A stretch of DNA of 64,000 bases from Macrostomum lignano (GCA_002269645.1 NIVC01000353.1:1-64000), one strand, 5' to 3'. Shown: positions 21,292 to 34,500, counted from the first letter of the stretch. The notes: generated from the letters alone by a model not told the origin. Numbers and translations: made by a program.

Positions 21292-24200
21292 ATGAGTCAC
21301 GTGATGCTCTCGTACCAGTGGGACAAGCAGGCCCTTGTCAAGAAAGTTTACGAAGCCCTCCAGTCTCAGGGAATCGCCGTGTGGATGGACATCCATGGTG
21401 GAATGAGCGGTAACATCAATGACAGGTATATATATAGCTTAAAAGGCAGCTTTAATTTTAAATATACTCTAATAAGCTACTTACAGTAGGAGAAGTAGTA
21501 TAGTACTGGCATAAAGTAGAAGTATGAGTAGTAGAGCCAAAGCTGTGCATGGAAGAATTTGCATATAAATACAAGGCAACATGATCTAACAATTAAAAAT
21601 TAAATCAAGGCGCTCCAGTTATAATTTAATCCCACGACACTCCCCTAAACTGAAAAGGCACTTCCCTAAACTAAAATGGCACTCTCCTAAACTAAAATGG
21701 CACTCCCCTAAACTGAAAAGGCTCCCCTAAACTGAACTGGCACTCCCCTAAACTGAACTGGCACTCCCCTAAACTGAACTGGCACTCTCCCCAAAACAAC
21801 CACAGCATGGCCGCAGGCGTAGACAACGCAGCGGTGGTATGCCCGTTCATCACTGCCAAGTACCAGGAGTCCAAAAACTGCAAGAAGGAGCTCAACTATG
21901 CCGACGCTCGCGACGTCCCAATCGTGCCGGCCATGGCCGAGCTGAAGTTCAAGGCCACCGGCTGGTTGGGCATCATCACGGCCGGACTGCTCTGGATGGA
22001 CTTCCGACGTGATGAGGCCTTCGACAACAGCATCGTGTCGCTTACTAAAGAAATCATCCACGCTGCCGGAGACAAACTCAAAATTGGCCAGGCCAGTCCA
22101 TCCCAGCCTCCGGCGCTCAAGGTGGATTTGAAGAAGAAACCCGGCCGAGCTTTCAGGCACAGCCAGTTGGGAAAATTTCTGGCCGAATCGGGTGAGTCAG
22201 AGTTAGGGGTGTTAATATTGTTGTAGCATTTATTCAATTAGTTTATAGGCCTCGCTTTCAATTTGGCGCTAGTGCTTCATCGAATTCGCTGGCCCTAATG
22301 TCCGAATTAGTATCTCTAACTGGCGTCAATTGAACCCTAATTGGAGTCTCTAGCACCCTAATTGGCATGCCCTAATGCCCTAATTGACAAACCCTAATAC
22401 CTTAATTGGCAAACTTAAATTGTCCTTTGTTTGCAATCCCTAATACCCTAATACCCTAATCGGCAACCCTAACTCCCTAATCGGTTCAAGTTTATGTTCA
22501 TGCACATGTAAATGACATGATAACGCGCTCGAAGGCATTCCAGATCGTCGGTACATTAACAAGCTACCAAAGAAATGATGACATTTGCACAGCCTTGCAT
22601 ATCAATAAGACGCAAACACCTCTATCATTCCCCCATGCGCAGGCGAGGTGAAGCACCACCAGGCTAGCGGCAGCCGGAGCACCCTGGTGCTGCGAGACAC
22701 GCCCGAGGACACCAGCTACTGGGAGGAGAGCAAGCTGGAGCCCAAGTCTGAGATCCACTACTTCCGCAACTACCAAACTAAGCAGTACCTCGGTGAGTGA
22801 GGCTGAATATGACTCTGCATCACAGTCCCAATCATTATGCGCTCTGATAATCATTATCTCCCTCACTCTGATAATCATTATCTCCCTCACTCTGATAATC
22901 AATATCTCCCTCACTCTGATAATCATTATCTCCCTCACTCTGATAATCAATATCTCCCTCACTCTGATAATCATTATCTCCCCCACTCTGATAATCAATA
23001 TCTCCCTCACTCTGATAATCATTATCTCCCTCACTCTGATAATCAATATCTCCCTCACTCTGATAATCATTATCTCCCTCACTCTGTTAATCAATATCTC
23101 CCTCACTCTGATAATCATTATCTCCCTCACTCTGATAATCAATATCTCCCTCACCCTGATAATCATTATCTCCCTCACTCTGATAATCATTATCTCCCCC
23201 ACTCTGATAATCAATATCTCCCTCACTCTGATAATCATTATCTCCCTCACTCTGATAATCAATATCTCCCTCACTCTGATAATAATTATCTCCCTCACTC
23301 TGATAATCATTATCGCCCTCACTTTGATAATCATTATCGCCCTCACTCTGATAATCATTATCTCCCTCACTCTGATAATCATTATCTCCCCATTTTGATA
23401 ATCATTATCTCCCTCACCCTGATAATCATTATCTTCCCCATTTGGATAATCATCATCTCCCTCATTTTGATAATCATTATCTCCCTCACTCTGATAATCA
23501 TTATCTCCCTCACTCTGACAATCATTATCTCCCCCACTCTGATAATCAATATCTCCCTCACTCTGATAATCATTATCTCCCTCACTCTGATAATCAATAT
23601 CTCCCTCACTCTGATAATCATTATCTCCCTCACTCTGATAATCATTATCTCCCTCACTCTGATAATCATTATCTCCCTCACTCTGATAATCATTATCGCC
23701 CTCACTCTGATAATCATTATCGCCCTCACTCTGATAATCATTATCTCCCTCACTCTGATAATCATTATCTCCCCATTTTGATAATCATTATCTCCCTCAC
23801 CCTGATAATCATTATCTTCCCCATTTGGATAATCATCATCTCCCTCATTTTGATAATCATTATCTCCCTCACTCTGATAATCATTATCTCCCTCACTCTG
23901 ATAATCATTATCTCCCTCACTCTGATAATCATTATCTCCCTCACCCTGATAATCATTATCTTCCCCATTTTGATAATCATTATCTCCCTCACCCTGATAA
24001 TCATTATCTTCCCCATTTGGATAATCATCATCTCCCTCATTTTGATAATCATTATCTCCCTCACTCTGATAATCATTATCTCCCTCACTCTGATAATCAT
24101 TATCTCCCTCACTCTGATAATCATTATCTCCCTCACTCTGATAATCATTATCTCCCTCACTCTGATAATCATTATCTCCCTCACTCTGATAATCACTATC

Positions 24201-25401
24201 TCCCCATTTTGATAATCATTATCTCCCTCACCCTGATAATTATTATTATCTTCCCCATTTGGATAATCATCATCTCCCTCATTTTGATAATCATTATCTC
24301 CCTCACTCTGATAATCATTATCTCCCTCACTCTGATAATCATTATCTCCCTCACTCTGATAATCATTATCTCCCTCACTCTGATAATCATTATCGCCCTC
24401 ACTCTGATAATCATTATCGCCCTCACTCTGATAATCATTATCGCCCTCACTCTGATAATCATTATCTCCCTCACTCTGATAATCATTATCGCCCTCACTC
24501 TGATAATCATTATCTCCCTCACTCTGATAATCATTATCTCCCTCACTCTGATAATCATTATCTCCCCATTTTGATAATCATTATCTCCCTCACCCTGATA
24601 ATCATTATCTTCCCCATTTGGATAATCATCATCTCCCTCATTTTGATAATCATTATCTCCCTCACTCTGATAATCATTATCTCCCTCACTCTGATAATCA
24701 TTATCTCCCTCACTCTGATAATCATTATCTCCCTCACTCTGATAATCATTATCTCCCTCACTCTGATAATCATTATCTCCCTCACTCTGATAATCATTAT
24801 CGCCCTCACTCTGATAATCATTATCGCCCTCACTCTGATAATCATTATCTCCCTCACTCTGATAATCATTATCTCCCTCACTCTGATAATCATTATCTCC
24901 CCATTTTGATAATCATTATCTCCCTCACCCTGATAATCATTATCTTCCCCATTTTGATAATCATTATCTCCCTCACCCTGATAATCATTATCTTCCCCAT
25001 TTGGATAATCATCATCTCCCTCATTTTGATAATCATTATCTCCCTCACTCTGATAATCATTATCTCCCTCACTCTGATAATCATTATCTCCCTCACTCTG
25101 ATAATCATTATCTCCCTCACTCTGATAATCATTATCTCCCTCACTCTGATAATCATTATCTCCCTCACTCTGATAATCACTATCTCCCCCAGGCTACGAC
25201 CCGAACGGTGACTACATCTACACGAAGGGCCAGCACTACGGCGCCGAAGAGTGGCTGCTGATCTCGGACGAGGAGTCCACGGACGGCCGCAGGGCGGTGG
25301 TGATTTTTGCCAAGTTCGGCCAGCGCTACCTGGCTATTAGAAATGGCAAGCTGACCGGCGTGGCCAACAAAGGGCCCGACTGCGTTTGGTACCTGGATTA
25401 A
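21292..25401 (+). CDS. TIR (TIR_2-type) domain + C-terminal beta-trefoil domain protein, 292 aa, 4 coding exons
   Basis: Exons 21292-21425, 21806-22191, 22643-22792 and 25193-25401; all GT-AG, in frame, 879 nt including TAA. N-terminus MSHVMLSYQWDKQ...IAVWMDIHGGMSGNINDSMAAGVDNAAVVCPFITAKYQESKNCKKELNYADARDVPIVP...GWLGIITAGLLWMDF has the TIR_2 signatures. The C-terminus has three about 40-aa repeats (FRHSQLGKFL..YW, FRNYQTKQYL..EEW, IFAKFGQRYL..CVW) typical of beta-trefoils. No transmembrane segment or signal peptide. Confidence 0.85.
21640..21790 (+). repeat. 21-bp minisatellite (GGCACTCCCCTAAACTGAACT, about 7 copies) in TIR gene intron 1
   Basis: Direct tandem copies ending about 15 nt before the acceptor AG at 21804-21805. 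Confidence 0.9.
22333..22480 (+). repeat. Degenerate CCCTAAT(TGG) cluster in TIR gene intron 2
   Basis: About 10 irregularly spaced CCCTAAT-like motifs. Confidence 0.6.
22842..25190 (+). repeat. 24-bp minisatellite (CTCTGATAATCATTATCTCCCTCA, about 97 copies) filling TIR gene intron 3
   Basis: Unit contains the palindrome GATAAT-C-ATTATC. A variant block recurs at about 23387, 23770, 24200, 24563 and 24898. The array runs right up to the acceptor AG at 25191-25192. Confidence 0.97.
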
Positions 25402-25753
25402 CATGGCTTTGATTATTAGCTACAGAATAGTAATGCTAGTAGCTATTAAGGACAGGAAAGGACAAATCTCATTATTTGTTAAATCTTCGTTTGACTTTTT
25501 AGATTTTTCTCTTGTCAATTGGAATATTTTCTCATTTTTAAAACTAATATTTAATTTTTCTATCTGTTACTTCATATAGCACAAAATATTACATCAATAT
25601 GTCATCAAACTACTTATTAGCTTTTAAATAAGTAGTTTAGACGCAAGTTAACTAAAACAGGTTATACGCGACATGGTCTTATATTTTCCAATTTACTGAC
25701 TTTCTAGATGTTTTTTGATGTCTCTTAATACCGTATATTATTATACCGTCATG

Positions 25754-25940
25754 CAGGGACTACTTTAAGTAGAATGATGGAAAACTACGCTTCTTGAAAA
25801 TTTTTAGGAGACATATTTTACTGAAAAATGCATTACGGAGATAGGGTTTCATTTTTCAGGACAGCTAAGAAATGATTCTCCAAGAATTTTTTCAACATTT
25901 CCAAAAAACGCAGTTCCCATCCTACTTTAAGTAGTCCTTG
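25754..25940. mobile_element. Short (187 bp) MITE-like element with imperfect terminal inverted repeats
   Basis: Left CAGGGACTACTTTAAGTAGAATG versus reverse complement of right end CAAGGACTACTTAAAGTAGGATG (20/23), with weaker inverted similarity further in. No clear TSD. Confidence 0.5.
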
Positions 25941-26874
25941 CCTGCCTTCATGCTTATATTAATGCACTTTTTGCCACTTATTTGGCATTTCAAATCATTT
26001 TATTAACCACGGCGCATATATTGCAACTATTGCAACGTATCGACAAGATTCTTTCAGACTAATAACTCTGTTTGAAAAATAAATCATCTTTTGTGCATTC
26101 CTTAGTTTTATTTATACACAAATTTTGCACACGCCTCTAAAAACTTCATCTCTATATTAGACAATTCGCTGAAGAAATTGAGTTTTGCGTTATAAAATTA
26201 TTTAATAATGTGTTAGCAAAAGTTTATTCCGGTTATTAAATTTATTTATTAAACATTAGCATAGTTATTGTAGTTTTTAGAGAGCAATTGCGAAACAACG
26301 AATAAATACAAACGTATTACACATGTAATAAATATAGTACTTATAGGCGACTGCATTGAATATAACAAACAAACAAATATATCATGCAGCAAACACATCA
26401 TAAAAAGCTGCTTGAAAAGGCAAAATAATAATCATGCATCCCGGTTTGCTATAGACCAGACGGAACTACTGAGGCACCTAACTATAGCAAACATATAATA
26501 TTTGATTTTTGTAGCAGTTCATGCTACTAACAATAATATAGAGGTTTTAAGCACACCAACATGTATAGTAGTACTAATATACAACAGCTTATAAATAGCA
26601 TCAAGAAATTCTTTTCTGTAAATGACAAAACATTTCACTAGAAAGTTAAAAAAATTGACGGTGAAATGAGTACAATTTTTTAGCTCGTAAAAAATTTATT
26701 TACAAAAATTTAATATGCTATGCTTTAGCATAAACACAATATCGCCACTAAATGATACGCCTAAACAGTGTATCAGGGTTGTTATTAATAAACTTATACA
26801 GTAATACCAAAAATTGAAAATGAGGCCTATAGAATAACGTTGCTTTTCAATGTGATGTAAGAGCCTTTCTACAA

Positions 26875-27210
26875 TGTACATTATAGGGGCAGGGGTTTTC
26901 CAGAGTGTACACTAGGGGTAGAAGTTCTCCCGAGTGTACATTATGAGGGTAGGGGTTTTCCAGAGTGTACACTAGGGGTAGAAGTTCTCCTGAGTGTACA
27001 TTTTGAGGGTAGGGGTTTTCCAGAGTGTACACTAGGGGTAGAAGTTCTCCCGAGTGTACATTATGAGGGTAGGGGTTTTCCAGAGTGTACACTAGGGGTA
27101 GAAGTTCTCCTGAGTGTACATTATGAGGGTAGGGGTTTTCCAGAGTGCACACTAGGGGTAGAAGTTTTCTCGAGTGTACATTATAGAGACAGGAGTTTCT
27201 AGGGTGAACA
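26875..27210. repeat. 60-bp minisatellite (two related 30-bp halves), about 5.5 copies
   Basis: TTATGAGGGTAGGGGTTTTCCAGAGTGTACACTAGGGGTAGAAGTTCTCCCGAGTGTACA with an exact 60-nt period. Contains the palindrome AGTGTACACT. Confidence 0.95.
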
Positions 27211-27610
27211 GTAGGATTGGATGTTGCATAAAATAGACAGAAGAGCCTATACTGCATGGCACTTGAAAATGTGAAAAACTAAGAAAATGTTGCGAACGCA
27301 ATCATGCAACATAATTAAGCTAGTGAAAAAGCAAGCACATTGAAAAATCCGTTTTTACTGTATGGCAAATAAAGTACATAAGGTACTACTGATGCTAGTA
27401 AGACATGCAGCGGAAAGCAACGCTAAGCGGGTACAAATGGAAGCCGCTTGTTAAAGTAAAGCTGACAACAAAAAGTTGTTGACAATAACAAGCTTAAAAA
27501 GCAGCATGGACTTTAACCATAAACACTCGACAGAGCGACAGTCAAACTTAAAAGTTTAGCATTTGTCAGGGTTAATTTAAAAGACAAAAATCACACTCTA
27601 CCATGCATTA

Positions 27611-28464
27611 AACTTTAAAATCTCACCCCTAGTAGAAATCTAAACTTTAAAATCATCTCACCCCTAGAAAATATCTAAACTTCAAAATCTCACCCCAGCA
27701 GATCGATATCTAAACTTCAAAATCTTACCCTTAGTAGATAGCTAAACTTCAAAATCTTACCCTTAGTAGATAGCTAAACTTCAAAATCTCACCCCTAGTA
27801 GATCGATATCTAAACTTCAAAATCTCACCCTAGTAGATAATTAAACTTTAAAATCTCACCCCCAGTAGATCAATATCTAAACTTTAAAATCTCACCCCTA
27901 GTAGATTGCTAAACTTCAAAATCTCACCCCTAGTAGATTGCTAAACTTCAAAATCTCACCCTTAGTAGATTGCTAAACTTCAAAATCTCACCCTTAGTAG
28001 ATTGTCAAACTTCAAAATCTCACCCTTAGTAGATTGCTAAACTTCAAAATCTCACCCTTAGTAGATAGCTAAACTTCAAAATCTCACCCTCAGTAGATTG
28101 CTAAACTTCAAAATCTCACCCTTAGTAGATTGCCAAACTTCAAAATCTCACCCTTAGTAGATTGCTAAACTTCAAAATCTCACCCTTAGTAGATTGCTAA
28201 ACTTCAAAATCTCACCCTTAGTAGATTGCTAAACTTCAAAATCTCACCCTTAGTAGATTGCTAAACTTCAAAATCTCACCCTTAGTAGATTGCTAAACTT
28301 CAAAATCTCACCCTTAGTAGATTGCTAAACTTCAAAATCTCACCCTTAGTAGATTGCTAAACTTCAAAATCTCACCCTTAGTAGATTGCTAAACTTCAAA
28401 ATCTCACCCTTAGTAGATTGCTAAACTTCAAAATCTCACCCTTAGTAGATTGCTAAACTTCAAA
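27611..28464. repeat. 32-bp minisatellite (AAACTTCAAAATCTCACCCTTAGTAGATTGCT), about 26 copies
   Basis: Period 32. Homogeneous at the right end and degenerate at the left. Ends about 75 nt from the integrin stop codon. Confidence 0.95.
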
Positions 28465-28539
28465 GTAAACTTAGAGCATAAACTTGTGTAAAAGACGCAG
28501 AAACATCGCAGTTTCGTATTTAACAATTAAAAAAGCCGA

Positions 28540-31500
28540 TCAAAAGTCGTTCTTGCCGGCAAACACGGGATTAGTGACGGTGGTGTTGGGATCTCGATAG
28601 ACCGGATTCTCCCCGGCGCCCCAGGCGGAGTTCTGAGTCTGACTCTTGAATTTGGCGAACTCTCGCCGGTCGGATATCGTGATCAGAGCCTTCCAAATCA
28701 GCAGGATGATGATGCCGACAATTACCACGGCGGCTACTACGATGAGTACGAGAATGAGCGGAGACACCCGGTCGCGGCACTGCTTCTCCTCCTGGATGAA
28801 CAGCGTCATGTTGCGAATAGACCTGCTGCCAATGCTGCCGTCCCCGATGATGTAGCCGTACAAGAGGCTGCACTCGTTGGCCATGTTCAGCACGCAGGTG
28901 CTCTTGTCGTTGATCACCTCGCTTTGGGGAGTCAACTGGATCCTAATTAGGGATGAGCAGGCATGAGACTGTTAATATTAGCTTCTAATGTCACCAATAT
29001 TCTCTAGTCTCACAACTTTTCTCTAGTCTCCAATCTCTCCTAACATCTTCTATCATTGGGTTTACTTTAGTCTTGACCAAGATCTGATCTAATCATATAT
29101 AGTTTCTCTTTTATCTGATTTAAATTATCTCTAGTCTAATCTACTCGTAGATACTCTAATCTCATTTTCTAGGTTCTCTTCTAATCTCATCTCGTAAATT
29201 GTGTGTCTAATATCATTTTCTAGATTCTTTAATCTCATCTTCTAGATTATCTCAAATTTCATTTTCTAGATTCTCTCTAATCTTATCTCCTAGATTCTCT
29301 CTAATCTCATTGCCTAGATTCTCTCTAATCTCATCTCTTAGATTCTCTCAAATTTTATTTCCTAAATTGTCTAGTCTCATCTCCTAGTCTTTTTATCTTA
29401 TAGATTGTCTAATCTAATCCTATATTATTCTCAATAATAACGAACAGAAGCCAGAGACACCCACTTGCTAGCGTCAATCCAGACGCCCTCCTCAACCAGG
29501 CTGCAGTTGCACTGGGTCTGCCGGTCCTCGGGCGCCAGTTTCCGATGATTGAACACGCACTCAACGCATCGGCGGAGGCCTTCGTCGTTGCACAGGCTGC
29601 CAGTTGATCCAGCCTTGGTGTCGCAGTGCGGATCAGAGGACCACAGGGCTTCGCAGACGCATCGGCCGCAGATGCAGGTGCCGTGATTTGAGCACTGCAT
29701 ATCTTTGTATTGCTCTTTCTTAGAATGACAGTCGGGTTTGAGCTTGTTAGCGTCTGAGCATGAACAGTCTTTCTCAGAGTAGCCAGGCTTGCAAATGCAC
29801 GTCCTTTTGCCGTCGCATTCGCCTCGACTGGGCCCGCCGCAGGGCTCCTTGGTGTCCCAGGAGTCCGGGCAGGACAGCTTGTCCAGTTCGCACAGTTTGC
29901 CATAGTAATTGTCCTTGTAGCACACGCATTTGTTGCACACGCACCGGCCGTTCTTGCTGCAAATATTCGATACGTCGCCGGAGTGGCACTGGTCAACCTG
30001 GGACCCGGTCTGGGCGTCGCATTGGCACGAGTCGCCGCTGTAGTTGCCATGGCAACTGCATACTCCGCACTCCAGGTGGCTGGGTTGGAAAGAAAAAACA
30101 TTGATCGTTATTTTATTTAAAACATTGATAGCTCTTTTCTCTCTAATCTACTCTTTAATCTTCTATCTCCTCTCTCTTCTCCCCCTCTCTCTCCTCTCCT
30201 CTCTCCTCTTTCTTCTGTTCTCCCTCTCTCCTCTTCCTTCTCTTCTCCCTTATCTTCTCCCTCTCTCATCTCCTTTCTCTTCTCTCTCTCTCCTCTCTCT
30301 TCTCTTCTCCTACTCTCATCTCCTTTCTCTTCTCCCTCTCTCCTCTCCCTTCTCTTCTCCTTTCTCTTCTCCCTCTCTCCGCTCCCTTCTCTTCTCCCAA
30401 TCTCATCTCCTTTCTCTTCTCCCTCTCTCCGCTCCCTTCTCTTCTCCCAATCTCATCTCCTTTCTCTTCTCCCTCTCTCCGCTCCCTTCTCTTCTCTTCT
30501 CCCACTCTCATCTCCTTTCTCTTCTCCCTCTCTCCTTTCTCTTCTCCCTCTCTCCTCTTCCTGCTCTTCTCCCTCTATCATCTTCCTTCTCTCCTCTCCC
30601 TGCTCTTCTCCCACTCTCATCTCCCTTCTCTTCTCCTTCTCTTATCTCCCTTCTCTGCTCCCTCTCTCATCCCCTTTCTCTTCTCCCTCTCTCCGCCCCC
30701 TTCTCTTCTCCCACTCTCATCTCTTTTCTCTTGTAAGGTCATCCAAAAAGTGCTAGCGACTCCGAGAATTTCGTACAGCCAAGTACAGCGCTGGCTAACT
30801 AAAGCTCTGAGGGATGACGCAATCAAAACAGTAGAACTCACCCGACATTCTGACACTTCGGCACCTTCTGCAGAGGATTAGCTTTGGCCTCGCACTCCGG
30901 ACAATTGCACAGCGATTTAATTCGAACTTCCATTCGATCGTCAGAAGTTGTTGACGCGAAATGTACAATCTCTTCTGGCCGGGGCAGGCACTTGGTGAGG
31001 GTGACGGTGGCCCTGTAGGACACGGTAGCTCCTAGCGGCACTCGGTGACACCTGTTGCCCAATTTGAAATCGGTCTCGCCGGGGCATCGAACCTCGGACG
31101 TGATGTTCAACCATAGGCCAGGATCGTTAGCCCGAATCTCAACAGTCTCAGCAATGGATCGATAATTCTTTTTAATCAATTCCAATACGTTATCGTTAGT
31201 GACCAGATCGACTTCAGTCACCACTGGCAGGGCGTGCTTCAGTTGCATGTACAGAGGCGTGTAGCTGTCAGATTTCAAGGCGAATATTACTGACACCTTG
31301 GCGTCGGAGAGCACCTTGGCAACTTGCCCAATTGATGGATAGTCAAATCTGAAGTTTTATCAATTAATTATTATCAGTAAAGAAAATCCCCCCTTGACAA
31401 TTTTTTTGCTGCGCCGTATTGGAGCAACGCAGGCACACGAAGTTCAAGAACACGGGCAAAGTTTTTGTTGCGCACCTTCTCAAACAAGAATCAAGTCGCC

Positions 31501-34500
31501 AGCCCTCTGGACCGTCGAGATATTCGACGATTCTGCCGAAAGTTCGGATTTTTCCCATAAGCGCCAGTGTATTCAGTACACCCCTGTGCGCCAATTAGCA
31601 CTGCGCCTCAGTGCAGCCTTGCCAAGCCTCCAAATTTTATCAGCAACTTGAAAACGTTACTGACTTCTTTGGTCACTGGCCTTCACCCAGATGGAGCTTC
31701 TGGACCTTCAACAGATGACACCAGGTGACTATGAACACCCTGATAAGAATTTCTCTAGTTTCGCCGATCAAGCCTCGACAGTGGAAAACCTCAACTGCTA
31801 GGTATCCTCAGCTGGTCTCTCGAGCATTCCGTCATCACCCCGTCGGTACTTTCAACAGATGACACCAGATGACTATGGACATCCTTTTGCGAAAATATGT
31901 CAGATTTTTCTTATCAAGCTTCAATAATGGGCAAGCCTCAACCGCCGGAAATCCTCAGCTAGTATCTCAAGCATTCAGTCATCACTCGGACGCCGTCATC
32001 CCCCCTCTTGGTAGTTCTACTGTTAAAAACCATTTTTCAAGTAGTTTTTTCTATAAGAAACCTAAACTAAAGATATCCCGTGTGGCCATCCGATCAGGTT
32101 TTTCGCCCGGTTTTGCTCTGGCTTGCTATGTTTTTTGCCCCATTTCCAGGCGAAGAACATAAACCAGGCGAATTTATCCGGTTTTTCTCTGCCTTTCTAA
32201 ACCAGGCGAAATTCCGGAGGAAAAACCGTACGAGTGCTCTGGTTTTTTACCCGGTCCTTCGCCAGGTTTGGAACCAGTTTAGTAACGCAGGCAAATCCGG
32301 AGTAAAAGCGGATGAAATAACAATTCCGCCTGGAATTTTGCCCGGTTCTTTCTCTGGTTCTTCGACCGGACAAGAGCCGGAGAAAAGAGCTGATGAAAGC
32401 CTTTAATTCAGGATTGGGTTGAAAATGGTATGGGAGACACAGTGTATAATTGACAATTGACATGAAGATTTTCTTGTAATTGTATGTCCTGTAATGTGCT
32501 CCTGTTTTGTTCTCTTGCAGTATTTTTTCCGCTCATCTTTATATATACCATATGAGCGTCTTCGTATGTTACATTACGAGCGTAGTTCACGTAAACTGAG
32601 AATAAAAATATGTCATTTTAATGCTGTCATCGCACACATTTCTGAAGGCTGCATGCTACTTGGGGATTCCAACATACTTTTGGCCAGTCAGAAGTGATTT
32701 TAAATTCCCGCATTTATGCGCCTAGATGACTAGCGACTATGCGCCTACTGACTGTATTCTAAAACATCTTTGGAATCAAAAAAACAGAGGAGTATATTGA
32801 TCTTGTAGGTGATTTGGAACAGTTTGATGAATTGCAAGATGGAACGTTACATATTTTGTATTAACACTGACAATTGTCTTACTTCTTCACTCTTCACGGT
32901 ATCCGTTGACAGAAGCGCACTGTAGATGTTTTACTAAGTCGGCACTACATATTTCCGAGAGTAGACACCATTTGATAGGGATGCAGGGTTTTTCGTCCGG
33001 TTTGATCGTCGTGTCGCTTTCGTTAGGTTTTAGTCTGATTTTGCCCCGGTTATTTGCCGGGTTCTGCTATTGCACTTTCATCCGGTCATTTGTCGGGTTT
33101 TATTCAGGGTACTCATCAGTTTGAGTAGCCGAAGAGAAACCCGAGAAAATACCTGATGTCCTCTACGAAATTCCTGACGAACAACCAGACGAAACTGCCG
33201 TCTTCGTCCGTTTTCGAGACCACTTTCCCGAGGATTTTCGGGTTTTTAGATAGGAAAAAATGTATTACAAACCGGGCAAAAATCCCGATCGCCTACCGGG
33301 CGAAAAACCTGATCAGATGGCCACACGGGATACAGGAGTCACAGCAGAAATATCACGACAGAGTGAACTAACCACTAGCTCCTAACTCGCTCACTCACTC
33401 ACTTCTCACTCACTCACTCACTCACTTCTCACTCCTCACTCACTCACTCATTCACTTCTCACTCATTCATTTCTCACTCACTCACTTCTCACTCACTCAC
33501 TTCTCACTCCTCACTCACTCACTTCTCACTCCTCACTCACTCACTTCTCACTCACTCACTCACTTCTCACTCCTCACTTATTCACTTATCACTCCTCACT
33601 CACTCACTCCTCACTCATTCACTTCTCACTCCTCACTCACTCACTTCTCACTCCTCACTCACTCACTTCTCACTCCTCACTTATTCACTACTCACTCCTC
33701 TCTCACTCACTTCTCACTCACTCACTCACTTCTCACTCACTCACTTCTCACTCCTCACTTATTCACTTATCACTCCTCACTCACTCACTCCTCACTCATT
33801 CACTTCTCACTCCTCACTCACTCACTTCTCACTCCTCACTCATTCACTACTTGCTCCTCACTCATTCACTACTCACTCCTCTCTCACTCACTTCTCACTC
33901 ACTCACTTCTCACTCCTCACTCACTCACTTCTCACTCATTCACTTCTCACTCCTCATTCACTCACTTCTCACTCCTCACTCACTCACTTCTCACTCCTCA
34001 CTCATTCACTACTTGCTCCTCACTCATTCACTACTCACTCCTCTCTCACTCACTTCTCACTCCTCTCTCACTCACTTCTCACTCCTCACTCACTCACTTC
34101 TCACTCCTCACTCATTCACTACTTGCTCCTCACTCATTCACTACTCACTCCTCTCTCACTCACTTCTCACTCCTCACTCACTCACTTCTCATTCCTCACT
34201 CACTCACTTCTCACTCCTCATTCACTCACTTCTCACTCCTCACTCATTCACTACTTGCTCCTCACTCATTCACTACTCACTCCTCTCTCACTCACTTCTC
34301 ACTCCTCTCTCACTCACTTCTCACTCCTCACTCACTCACTTCTCATTCCTCACTCACTTCTCACTCCTCACTCACTTCTCACTCCTCACTCACTCACTTC
34401 TCACTCCTCACTCACTCACTTCTCACTCATTCACTTCTCACTCCTCACTCACTCACTTCTCACTTCTCACTCCTCACTCACTCACTTCTCACTCCTTACT

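Noticed and set aside
21292-22226. TIR ORF as a bacterial Thoeris/TIR anti-phage system or contamination
   Set aside because: The gene has three GT-AG introns and lies among metazoan genes, with no operon partners.
22564-25261. HSDNHYLP / LIIIISLT / MIIRVREI repeat ORFs as His-rich or repeat proteins
   Set aside because: These are reading frames of a 24-bp intronic minisatellite. The flanking exons splice in frame across it, and read-through from exon 3 hits TGA immediately (G GT GAG TGA).
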